Source: Selaginella moellendorffii | Taxonomy: Eukaryota > Plantae > Lycopodiophyta | Direction of reading: 5' to 3' | Assembly: GCF_000143415.4 (NCBI RefSeq) | Contig: NW_003314276.1 | Span: 1,308,366 to 1,372,365 of the forward strand | Length of the DNA stretch: 64,000 nucleotides | Shown: positions 11,473 through 22,422 of the stretch, piece by piece | How the letters are laid out: every line of letters starts with the position of its first letter | Position numbering within the stretch: the first letter of the stretch is position 1 | Made by a program: the position numbers and the translations under genes | The notes under the pieces: model-generated | Seen by the model: only the letters and a program-made list of their open reading frames with translations | What the model was told of the DNA's origin: nothing | The model's database searches: none

Positions 11473-14400
11473 ACAGGCTTAATCAGTTTGCTTTCCAAGC
11501 ACATACCTTGGTCCATGATATCGAGCACCTTTAATATGCTGGCATGCTTTCTCTCGAGGAAATCTAGATGCTGTATAGTTGTGAGGTTATGGAAGCAATT
11601 CAAGCAAAGCTTGTAGCACATAAAAGCCAAGAGTTGCTTACTGGGTATCAGGTGCCTATAGATTTTTTGGTTGCAGTCTGGGCAAAGGTATCCTTTTCTT
11701 GCATGAACTTGTGTTTTCTACTCACAAGTTTTCCTTTTAGCCAATTGTCAAGGCGGAGCAAAACTCATATTTGAAGATTACACAAGTAACATATGAGGTG
11801 CAAAAGAACCTTGAACTGCAACAAATTGAGCAGCGTATTTTGAACTCGAAGAAATTAATGGTGAAGAAGCTACTTGCAATTGCGGATATTCGACGCAATA
11901 AAGATTGGCTGGATTGCATTGCAGAGATATGTTCTCGTGGCAATAAGTTAGTCCCTTTTATCTTTCTCATTCCACTTTGAAATCTTTATCCTTACAGGAA
12001 ATGGTAAAGCACCTAAAGAATTGATCTATAACATCACAAAAAACAAGCTCTCCTTCAATGAACAAACCTCTTGCTTGGAGCTCTTCAACACTTGGCATTG
12101 TAACAATGATAAGAGGTTGGAGAGCAAACTTGAGAATATGATGAAGGAGAAGCTCTATATCACTTAAAGTATTGTGGCTATTGAGGAGCTACTTCAAGTA
12201 TGGGATATGAAGTTTCTTACTAGTGCTTGCATCGGCATAACACTTCCAGAATATGTTCGAGCTTCCCTTCAAGATCTTGGGGATGGATGGCTTCCTGATG
12301 GCAACTCAAGCTCTATGGGTTTCAAGACTAACCATTTTTCTCGCACCACATGGCATATAGGTATATTGCAAGAAATTGACTTGTTTATTTAATCATGGCT
12401 CTTTTGTAGGTATTTAAACCATTGCCCAGGTGCTCCAGTGTACACCACAAGTGTTTTTCTCAAGCTCTTAACTGGTGGGAAGAAACTTGGTATGTATGAG
12501 CCAGAGTTCCATTGTCCCACTGCGTGGGAGCGAGAACTTTGTCCATGGTACTTGGAGTTGTGGCGGCAAATGCCATCATCACCTTTTGAACTTGATCTTT
12601 ACCTCAAGTGTCATCCAGGTTTGATGAGTAAAATTTCCTAGTAATAACTTATGTTTCTACTTTATTGTAGAGGCACTTTTGGAGGGAGTGGAGATGCCTC
12701 AAGATAGGGACGAGATTCATATTGAGCAGACCGAAGACAAACGAGTGGAGAACCCGGCTGAAAACTCTCCTGCCCCATCTCATCCTACAGCAATTGCTCA
12801 TTCCCCAAATCCTATTGCCGCTACCCGTCCAGCCCCGACTGCTCGAAATGTACGAAGGCAGCTCCATAGTAAGGACGTCCAAGAGAGTAAGAACTTGATT
12901 TCCAATGACCTTGCTTATTGTAATTTGGTTGTAGATGTCAGAAAAACCAACTATCACTCTATACGTCGACGTACAAATGCATTCTTTCCATCCCTCCCCA
13001 CTGCTACAGAGGATGACCTCCAAGAGTTATCTTCATTGGCTTCACATAAAGAAGTATGAAAAAAAACATGTATTAACTTTAATATTTCCCGGTTTTGAAC
13101 ACTATTCAGGTTTGCCCTCTTTCTCCTACGGGAAGTGTTGGCAATGTGGAAATAATTATTGGGGATTACTTTTAGCTTTCCAACAACATGAGCCAAGAGT
13201 CTTTTATGTTCCATCAATGGATGCGAGGATTGGGAATGAACAATACTTTCTGTATCAACCTTGCATTCTTCGATCTGCATGATGGGTTATCACCTTTACA
13301 AGGTGACACTCCATCTTGAAACATCCTTCAACCGGACCATATTTCTCAAACGGTGGATATGGCATCCAAGGTGTTGCGATATGAGGGCATTATGCTAGTC
13401 ATTCTTCCCTATTCTTTATTTTGGGGAGGTCTTCTTGCAACGATAGTAGAGAATGATGACTCTAGATTGGTTGAGTTTGCATCAAGCTACCTACTCTCAA
13501 ACATCCCAGTCGAAATAAAAGGAGCAAATGGCCAAATCCAAAAGGTTTGCATTTCCTTATTTTTCATATCTTAAATTGATTGCCTCTTTTCATTGTAGGT
13601 TTTAGCATGGAACTTCCATGCTCTCTGCCGTTACTCTTGCCGTCACAATATTACACGAGCTGATGAGCGTGCAAGTTTAGCATTGCCGGGATATGATAGC
13701 TCAACAAATATCATCCCAAATGTCATCGATGAGGACCATCATATAGAGTTCCCTGGCTATCGACACCATTCACCAAAGGCCATGCAAATCCTCTTAGAGT
13801 TGTTTTATCCTCTTAAGGGGATTGTGCTTGATGTTACAACAGGTTTTGGTTCAATAGTGCTGGCGGCTAAAGAGACTGGGTGTGCAGTTTTTGCACTAAA
13901 GAAGGAGAGTGCATTTGAAGGTGTTCTTGGGATATTTCATAACAGGTGATAATAAAGTATAAATTTCTCATTATAGTAATTCCATCATGGTTGTGTATAT
14001 TAGATGGATCGATGACGTGGGTTATAATTTGCTATGTTATACAGAAGCAATGGCACAAACTCATATATAACAAGAGCCCACAGTTAGAGAGCATAATACT
14101 ATATGAACTCCTCTTTTTGTGGATGTGGATGCTAAGGAAGACTAAGTTTAGTTTTTTTTTTTTAGTCAAATGTTTTAGTTTTTTAATCAAAGTGAGTTTC
14201 TTTTTTGACTTATGATATTTATTTTCTTATTAGACTTATATTATTTAACTTTTTCTTGGACTGAAAATATGTCTTAGGTTTTGAATAGAATTGTTGGTTC
14301 GTCCCGAACCAATCATTTAAACATCAACTTTTGTATTTGGTGGATTATATTGACTTTCATTGACTTAAGCTCAGCTCGTGAGCTCAACTCAAAAACTACC

Positions 14401-15412
14401 CAACCCCATCACAGACGTAGTGATCTTGTGTTTCTCACAGTTTGTCCATTGTAGCTAAAGGTGGCTCTCTCTAAGAAGACACCAAATCTGGAGGATGTAG
14501 TGGTGATTGTCAGTCACCTGTTTCAAGAGGATGGCCTTCTTTGGGACTTCTTGAAGTGCCAGACACCCATCTCATGGCCGTTTTAACCAAGGAAATGAGA
14601 AGAACCTTGACTGTCATGCAAAACATTGTGGATGGGATCACAGAAAATTTGTTTATTTATTTGTTTTTCTGGCCTCACTTTTGCAGCTGCCTGGCATAAG
14701 CAACCCCGAGTGCCAACCCGGTGGGAGGAAAGCTCCAGGGAGACTTTTGAGATGGCTTTGCTTGAGAAACTTAAGTTTGTTAATCCATACACGCTAAAAG
14801 CTCAGATCATCCGGTGGGACACAATGAGCCCCTGAGTCTGCATGGAACCAAAACAATAAACTCACAATGGAAAGCTCAATGGATTCAGCTTTGCACCATT
14901 TGGAAATGGCCAACGGCCTTGCTGTGAGTGTGTGACACAAAAAGCACCACACTGTTTTGATTGAGAGCTCGCAATCGATCAAGAAGAAACCACTTAAAGA
15001 AAAACCGATGCTTTTGCTTGGCTCCTGTTTTAGATACACTCACTTCCAACTCGCTGCCTCTACTTCCGTTTAGTACATACACTATTTTACAATTGAACAT
15101 CAAGTATCATAAGATGGTGGACGACTTACTAGGGTCGAAGCCTCTCCTCATCTCTGCCATTCACGTGCTGGTCGTGGTCGTTGATGTCCTTCACTTACAA
15201 TTCTATGCTTTGGCGTTGCCTCGGTGGTCCGCACGGCTTTAAAATGGTGGGCCCAGATCACATGGCCGGACTGAAAGCACGTGTTTTGACAGAGATAACC
15301 AATCAGGCGCTCTTGATTTTAAAGCACGTGTTTTTCTCTCACATGCTTGACAGGCCTATAAATGTATGCAAGAATTGCTGTGACTTGCCAACATCGAGAA
15401 GTCATTGGAACC

Positions 15413-16198
15413 ATGCTTCTTCGTGCTCTATCGCTCTTTGCATTGTGTTTGCTGGTTTCCGCAGCACCAGCATCACCCCCTCCTCCTGGTTCATGTTCAT
15501 CCGACGCTGACTGCCCGGAGGCATACCCCTGCTGTAGTTCATGGGGAGACTGTGGCAACAAAGCCCCATGGTGTTCGTCGCCTCCTCCACCGCCTCCACC
15601 ATGCAAGTCTCCTTTATATGGTACTAGTGCTGATGGTACTGCCTTCAGTGGAAGTCTTACGAGTACGCCACTGGAGGGGCTACGCATAATCAGCGGTTGT
15701 GTGGTTGATGCCATTCAGTGGAAGTCTTCGGGTTCTTCTTGGACTCAAATGTATGGAACGAACTCCTGTTCAGGATGTTTACCACAGCCGCCTCCGCAAG
15801 CTGGTCTGAGAAGCACATCCTACGAGGTCTTTTTAAGTTAACGTTTTTCTTACTTTCTCAATTTCTTTCTGCAGATCTCTTTGGGCTCGGATGAGTACAT
15901 TTACAAGGTATCGGGTACAACTGGAACAGACAAAACATGCGGTGCTGGTTGGGCGGGAGAAGGTGTTGTTTCGCTGACTGTGCATGTCAAGAACATGAAA
16001 ACTGGTAAAACCAAACCATATGGTCCATTTGGTACTTCGACGAGTGGCACTTCCTTCGAAACAGCACCAGGCAACATAGTCTCGTTCTTTGGATATGCAA
16101 GCCCCAAGTCATATATGAAAGGCATCGGTGTTATCTATTCGACGTGCCCATCCAGTTCTGTTCAGACCACCCCCATGGGGGCATTTAGCATCATTTAA
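15413..16198 (+). CDS. Secreted chimeric lectin: signal peptide + hevein-like chitin-binding domain + Pro linker + jacalin-like domain (exons 15413-15826, 15875-16198)
   Basis: TATAAA about 55 bp upstream; hydrophobic N-terminus; CSSDADCPEAYPCCSSWGDCGNKAPWC; jacalin-type motifs SGCVVDAI, DEYIYKVSG, YGPFG, IVSFFG, IGVIY; GT-AG intron keeps frame. Confidence 0.85.
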
Positions 16199-18153
16199 GG
16201 AGTTGCCAAACTATGGTGCTATGCCAGACTATGTAATAAAGATTTGGTGCTATGCTAAACTATGTAATAAAGATTTTGGTGCTATACCAAATTATGTATT
16301 ATCTGAGCAGCGCGCAGGGCTCCAGAGAATACAAGTCGGACTGCTAGCAAAAATGATCTATCTATCTATATGCTATTTTGAGTGCCCATCCTGAAGCATG
16401 AGACGCATTTTTTGCGTCGCTGTCATCTTCCATCGCCTCCAATGGCGTCTTCACTTCCATGGTTGGGCGGGATCTTGTCTAATTGTTCTTTGCTTCGTCC
16501 TAGGAGGCTATCTAGCCTATCTATGAGGCTAAAGGTGTTGGTTCTTTTCTCATTGAGCTTAACAATGGGACTACATGCCAGATTGACCACAAAATTTTTT
16601 CCTATATCTTGTTCAATTTTCTGGAAATCAATGCAGTATTACTTTTTTTTTTCTTTTATGCCCCTTCTTTTTGTTCACCTAATGGCAGAGTAATATATTC
16701 ATCCTTTACAACAGCCTTTCCCTCATTAGCAATTGGTGTAATTACTTAATACTATGACCAAAACTAAATAATCACATTCAATTAATGGTAACATTTATGG
16801 TGTATAGTATAATTCTTTTTACTTTTACTGCTAATCCTTGAGTTTCTCTAAATTTCTTCTATGAGATGATTATAAGGATGATTTGTATTATTAATTTGAT
16901 CATTTTACAATGATTACTATCTATCATTCTTCAAATGATATTTGGCATTTGCACAAATTTCCCAAATGTTTACAAAGGATAATTTTACAATGATACAATG
17001 TTTTAAGCACAGACACTTCTGCAGATTAAAGTTGTGGGAATACTAAATTAGCACACGATGTGATTATACAAGAACTTTGCTGTAAAATGCTAATCTGTTG
17101 TCTTGAGAGCCACAGCCTCCACCCACATAGTGAAGAAATTTATTGCCAACAAGTAATAGTGGCTACGTAAAGATGCTAGAGATAATGGGCAAGTGTAAAA
17201 TGGACTTGAAAAGGTAATGAACTGAAAGGGAAAATGTTGCTTCAAGGATTGAACTGTTAGCATATGCCTCTATGGCCTTGAAAATAACAGGCCAATAAAA
17301 ACCACCATTGTTGATCCTGCAAAATGGCCTTTATAAAGGTGAAAGACTTTGACTTTAGCTTCTGTCAAGCAGCACAGTCAAGCTGTCAACAAGAAAAATT
17401 CTGAGCCTTGATCTCCAAAGCCCGTTGCCACACCATTGGCAAGTTGTCTGGGGACTCTTGTGATGCAAATTTGACCTTGGTGTCAATGGGTGCACAATAG
17501 ATTTGCTTTTGTCAACTGCCCAGGGTTTGCTGGGCAATTTATACTCTTGGTTCTAGTATGCTCAAGAGTTGATTACATAGGAACTCTAAGGTTGTCAATG
17601 TAAAGTTAAAGGAGTGGTTCATTCTTGATGCAACTTAAAATAAGGGTGACCTTGAGTTCCCTCGTCCACCCATGTGTTGGACCGCTTTGTAGCTTTGCTA
17701 AGATTTGTCAATGCTTATTCCCATTGAGTGGTACACTCTAAGCCGGCAGCATGCTTGGCAAGCCCTGGTCGCTGGCCCTGAGCACTGTGTTGCCCAAGAA
17801 TCTCTGCTTAAACTCATTTCTTGGATTTTCAATGACAAAGCTTCTTTTGTCACACTAATTGTGGCGAGTTTCTTTGGAGTAGCCTTCTGGTCGCTGGAAA
17901 CGATTCGGTATGCCGAGAGCCTCTGTGGCGCCACCTTGAGCAGGTGACGATGTAGAGACAGATTTTCCCTCTCACTTCTCTTGCAACATTGGCAGACGTC
18001 ACAAAGCAAGCTTAAATGATGGAGAAAACCGAGCAGCTCCGGCATTTGATCTGAAAGCTCGTCGCTCTCAAAGACAGGCAAACGTCCTATTGTTGTTCTT
18101 TCTCTACAGTAAAAATTTTGAGCTCAAATGACGAGAGCTGAGTACGTAGGTAG

Positions 18154-18985
18154 CTACTCATTACTGTCCTGCCACGACTCAAGGGCCGCAAAAAACCTCT
18201 GTCAACCGAAGTAGACCCCCTCGATGATAAGAGCAGTCAGGTCCCTGGGCTCGTCGTCATCCTCGCGAGCACTCTCGAAGCACTTGAGGTAGACATCCCG
18301 GTCCACAAACTCGTGGTGGCGGCCAGAAGCAGCGGCAGCAAACAAGACATTGGGAAACACAGCCACGCTGCGATCCAAGTAGGCCAGCATCATCCTCCTG
18401 CATCGCCCATTCCCATCCACAAACGGATGGACGCACTCAAACTTGTAGAAGAATTCCGAGGCCAGCACCAGGAGCTGCTCCACCGTCTTGCAGCTGATTG
18501 TCGTCCGCTGCAGATCCGCGTTGGTCTTGCTCACCAACTTGGACAGCTTCGGCCGGATTGCCCAGGCATCCGCGTAGAAGTGCTGCCTTCCGCTGCTCGA
18601 AGCCTGCGATGTCCGGCCTGCCCGACTCCACCTGAGCTTGTCGTTGTTGACGCTGGGAGCCTCCTCCTGATCCTAGAGCCACCATGTCTTGTTGAATGCT
18701 CGGGACAGGCAGCGGACTTGTTCCAATCTCTCGTCCGGAGCCACCACTTTGTCGTCCAAGTCCACTTGGAGCTGCTCCAGGGCGTGGAGTGTTTCATCCC
18801 GTTCCAGCTCCAGCTTGTTCACCTGGAACAGGAAGTCGGCCATGGCGTCGCACTGCGCGTACACGTCCAGCGCCCATGCTTTGGCATCGCCGTCCAGCGC
18901 CTGGAACCTCTTCGCGTACCCGCAAATGGCGTCCGCCATGCTGCTCGTCGCCGGGGCTCCGTCGCCATCGCACCTCCGCCCATCT
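18154..18985 (-). pseudogene. Fic-domain pseudogene (duplicate of 48193-49134)
   Basis: HPFVDGNGRCRR; several deletions/frameshifts and a TGG>TGA stop at 18202 relative to the intact copy. Confidence 0.9.
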
Positions 18986-19328
18986 TATGCCCTAACCTCA
19001 ACCAACAAGGGCTCCCTTTTATACCCTTTTCATTTTAAAGTTTACAAAAGGTGGCTATGTATAAAGCTTTCTCAAATTTGTATAAACCTATATTCCGAGA
19101 ATATTCCATGGCCCCTCAAAATACAAACAATGTGTAACCATCTTTGTAGTACTTGGTACCTGAGAACCGAACATGCTATCCAGCTGGCCTGTTGAAATCC
19201 CACAAACTCATTTTCACAGCACAGGAAAGTGTTTGTCCATACCTCAAGTATCACTTCAATCATGCTCGAGCCCGCTTCTTCCCCTTGTTTTGCAGCGCAG
19301 AAGCACGAAATCAGCTTGAAATACAAAG

Positions 19329-20835
19329 ATGTCACACCCTGTCCAAAGATCACATTGCCAAGGTGAGAATCTCAACACTCTAGAATCCTCAAGTCTCACC
19401 TCCCGCGAGAATTCCAGGCAACAACAGCCATGGACAAGTTCCTCCAAAGCGTCGACTCGAATCCCCATAGACGAGACGCAGCCGAGCCTTGCTACTCGCT
19501 GCACGAGCCAGGAGAACTCGTCTATGGAACCGCTCTCGTCTTTCACGGATTCGGGCAATTCCACAGTTGCTCGCGGACTACCTGTTTGACAATGGCTTCA
19601 ATGTCTACCAGCCTTGCCTTGCTCGCCACTATCTCGGAAATCCGACTCTAAACTGGCCGTAGGTGACACATCTTAAAGTTCGCTCTTTACTTTCATCTCC
19701 ACCCAGGTTGATCTCAAGCCGGAACTGAAAGAGAAGATCCGGCAAAACTTCCTCAAGGATCCGGTCCTAGCCAAGGAGCTCTATACCTCTGTAAGTCTTC
19801 TGCTATAACGTTTTCATCCTGCTGACAGTCTGCTGGCCTGTGTTCTTCGTGATTGTTGTCCCAAGACACCATGCAGCCAGTTCGCTCCCTTTCCCCCGAA
19901 ATGTCTGATATAATCGCTGCGCTCGACCAAGGTGATCGTAGCCAGGATTTCCAGAGGTCTGTGAGCGCGGCTCTTCACCTCCAAAATGAACTAACCACTT
20001 GGCTGCCAGGTTTTTCGACTCGAGCCACTTGGACTACTTCACGGAAGCCGAGCAGCGACTAGAAGATGTGCATGCTCTGCCAGGCCCGATCTTCGCGATA
20101 GGCATCTCGATGGGAGGTGCCACTGCGTTGCATCTCGCCAACACTTATCCAGACACAATCTCGAAAGTCGTAGCGTACGCCCCGCTCCTGAAGGTAGGAC
20201 GAAACTTAGCCTTCGAAAGACAAGAACCGTGAACAAACTTACTAATGATCGATCGATCTTCTGGCCAGACCATGGATGATTCAAGGAGAGAATTTGCTCT
20301 GGCGATCGGCCCGCTGGACGTGAAAGAAACCGGATGGGAGCCGTCGCTCCAGTTCACAGTGGGATGCCTTGTGGCAATCGACCTGTGTGGGACTCGCGTT
20401 AGCCAATCCAACATAGATAATCTCCCAAAGAAAGTCACTACCTTGCTACTCTTCACGGCAAACGAAGACTCGGCCGACCTTCCAACGCAGGAGAAATTCG
20501 CGCAACGATTAAAATCCATCTCCTCCGGTAGGATGCTTTGATCTTCAACAATGTGGAAAAATTCTCCCGTCGCTACTGTCCCAGATGGAGTGCCACACCT
20601 GCATTACACATATCGCCGCGAGCTGGAAGTCCCGCACGCGATGATCCACCCAAACGAGGTAGGAAATCGAGAAATTCTCGAGAGATTTCTAACCTCTCGC
20701 TTGGCGCAGAGGCCGATCGCGAACAAGCTGTGGAGAAAAATGTACCAGGAGACATTTCGATTCCTGACCGCCGGGAGGGCGCGGTCGATTCGCTGCGCCA
20801 AGACGAAACCCTACCCCAAGTACCATAAACCCTAA
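19329..20835 (+). pseudogene. alpha/beta-hydrolase pseudogene (duplicate of 49493-51019)
   Basis: GISMGG retained; frameshifting deletion near 19560, CAG>TAG near 19659, deletion near 20780. Confidence 0.85.
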
Positions 20836-21080
20836 AACCGCAAGCTTTTATCTCCTCGTGAGAGCAAGCAAACTAAACGCTACGAGCTAGAACTTTGGAT
20901 CATAACAGATAGAAGTTTTTCGTTGTGATCATCTTCTCAAGCTCCTGTTACTTTCAAAAGAACTTAGAACCCTTTGGAACTTGACGCTTGCTCAACCTGC
21001 ATGGAAGAAAGAACGTCGATGAGAACACGAGAAAAGAGAGAACCACCATTGGAACTCGGCATGGATGGTGTGGAGTCGCT

Positions 21081-21636
21081 TCACTGCTCACCATCCGAAG
21101 CTGTGGATTGCTGGCCTTGAGCCTGCAATTGCTGGGCTTGGGTTTGTTGATCCAGCTGCCACTGCTGCTGCTGCTGCTGCTGTGGCAACGCCATGTACTG
21201 CATTGGCGGCCGCTGCTGCTGCGTGTAGAGCACTGGATCCATTGGAATGGCCGGCCTTCCAATCACTCCCCCAGGAATCATGTAGAGTAGCATGTCTGGA
21301 GCTCTGATCGGCAGCACGGATCATGAGACACCCAGCGCCTTGTCCTTGGCATCCTTGCATGGCACGATGTCCACCAGGAAATCAAAGATGTCCGTGCGAG
21401 TGACTGCCGCCGCAATGTCATTCTTCTGGAGCATCTCGCGTGCAGCGTCAGCTCCAGGATGAACATCTTGCATGCCTTGGCAAAGAGCACAGGTGCCTCA
21501 CTTGAGATCATCCTCATGTCCTTGTCTGCCTTCATGATCTTCTTGATGTGCACTAGGGGCAAGCTGTGCATCTTGAAATCCATCATCTCCTAGATATCTT
21601 GCATCTGCCCCACCCAAAAGTCTTGCATTTGCTGCA
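21081..21636 (-). pseudogene. 5'-truncated NF-YC pseudogene
   Basis: Homologous to 51323-51917 ([15 protein letters not shown]); histone-fold deletion; ends abruptly at retroelement sequence. Confidence 0.9.
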
Positions 21637-21699
21637 TCTGTCTTTGACTCTGGAGTAGCAGTTGATGCTATGTAGTTATTGTTGAACAATCAAACTTAA

Positions 21700-22028
21700 T
21701 TGATGGTGGCATTCATAGCATGTGGTATAACTTCTCTTGGTCTTGTTACTAATCTTCAAGTTTGGCCAGAGTTGTTTTGTGGGAGTCCTAGAGATGATAT
21801 ATACTATTGGTTCGATTACTTTACAGTGATTATTACATATTATTCTTGGGATGATATTTGGTATTTGCATGAATTTCCCATGTGTTTCCAAGGGACAACA
21901 CTTCAATGGTACAATGGTTTGAGTGTAGTCAATCATGAGGATTAAAGTATTCTCTTAAACATCTTTAAATATGCATTTGAACATATCAACGATGATGTTT
22001 TCTAACAAATGTATCATCTTCATCAAGG
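21700..22028 (+). mobile_element. Ty3/gypsy gag remnant
   Basis: PELFCGSPRDDIYYWFDYF...WDD...FQGTTLQWYNGL, a retrotransposon gag pattern. Confidence 0.55.
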
Positions 22029-22422
22029 TGTAAGTTCTTGAATTCGGACTTCCTGGGAGATCACCCAACCCAATACTATTCAAACCTATTCAAACCCAAG
22101 GATGCTTAACCCCAAATACCTTAAAATCCTTAATCAATTAAAAAAATGGGTGCACTCTTATTCATGGGGCTTTTTCTTCTATATTTGAACTCCATGGATT
22201 GTTTCTTAAGTCGTTCTCTTTGGTTACTTACAATCCACTATCCTTTTCCACAAGTTCACATCCTCGTGAACGGAAGCTGAGAGCCATAACTTTCCCAAGA
22301 GCCTTGCTCTTTTGACACCCTACCCCTTGGGTCGAGCTTAGCCAAAGCAAACTAGACTTGCCAAATGTCAATCAGCATATGGTATGATTCCCTTAGCCAA
22401 CTAACAGAGTCAGACCAGCTAT
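22029..22422 (-). mobile_element. Cassandra-like TRIM remnant: 204-bp LTR (22029-22232) with 5S rRNA-derived segment, PPT and partial interior
   Basis: TGTAAGT...ACTTACA ends; 22046-22110 resembles the reverse complement of the plant 5S internal control region; minus-strand purine tract GGAAAAGGATAGTGGAT abuts the LTR. Confidence 0.7.

Larger units (their letters stand above)
1873..13949 (+). pseudogene. ParB/Srx-domain + beta-class N6A/N4C DNA-methyltransferase-like fusion gene, multi-exon, split by an LTR element, with in-frame stops
   Basis: Exon 1873-2822 contains FIIDGNHRWLA (DGNHR 2668-2682). Intron 2823-2870; frame resumes at 11478; intron 11688-11740. C-terminus has INLAFFDLHDGLS (motif IV-like, 13272) then SPKAMQILLELFYPLKGIVLDVTTGFGSIVLAAKETG (motif X/I-like, 13824-13853). 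Confidence 0.75.
1..14407. mobile_element. DNA transposon copy A (left end probably outside window), carrying ParB-methyltransferase-like gene
   Basis: Right end AAGCTCAGCTCGTGAGCTCAACTCAAAAACTACCCAACCCC (to 14407) aligns without gaps to the reverse complement of the left terminus of element B (23848). Both carry the homologous gene pointing toward this end. Left extent to base 1 is assumed. Confidence 0.7.
14661..21636 (+). repeat. Segmental duplication, copy 1 (paralogous to 44757-51917)
   Basis: Colinear direct repeat about 30 kb apart with the same four genes. Confidence 0.95.

Noticed and set aside
13272-13949. Bacterial contamination as the source of the MTase-like and Fic sequences
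   Set aside because: The MTase-like gene has spliceosomal introns and a plant LTR insertion; Fic lies within a duplicated block beside NF-YC.
16900-17600. Possible decayed coding or TE sequence between lectin and Fic
   Set aside because: No motif I can assign.
22046-22110. Functional 5S rRNA gene
   Set aside because: Partial, diverged, has an internal 10-bp duplication and is embedded in an LTR.
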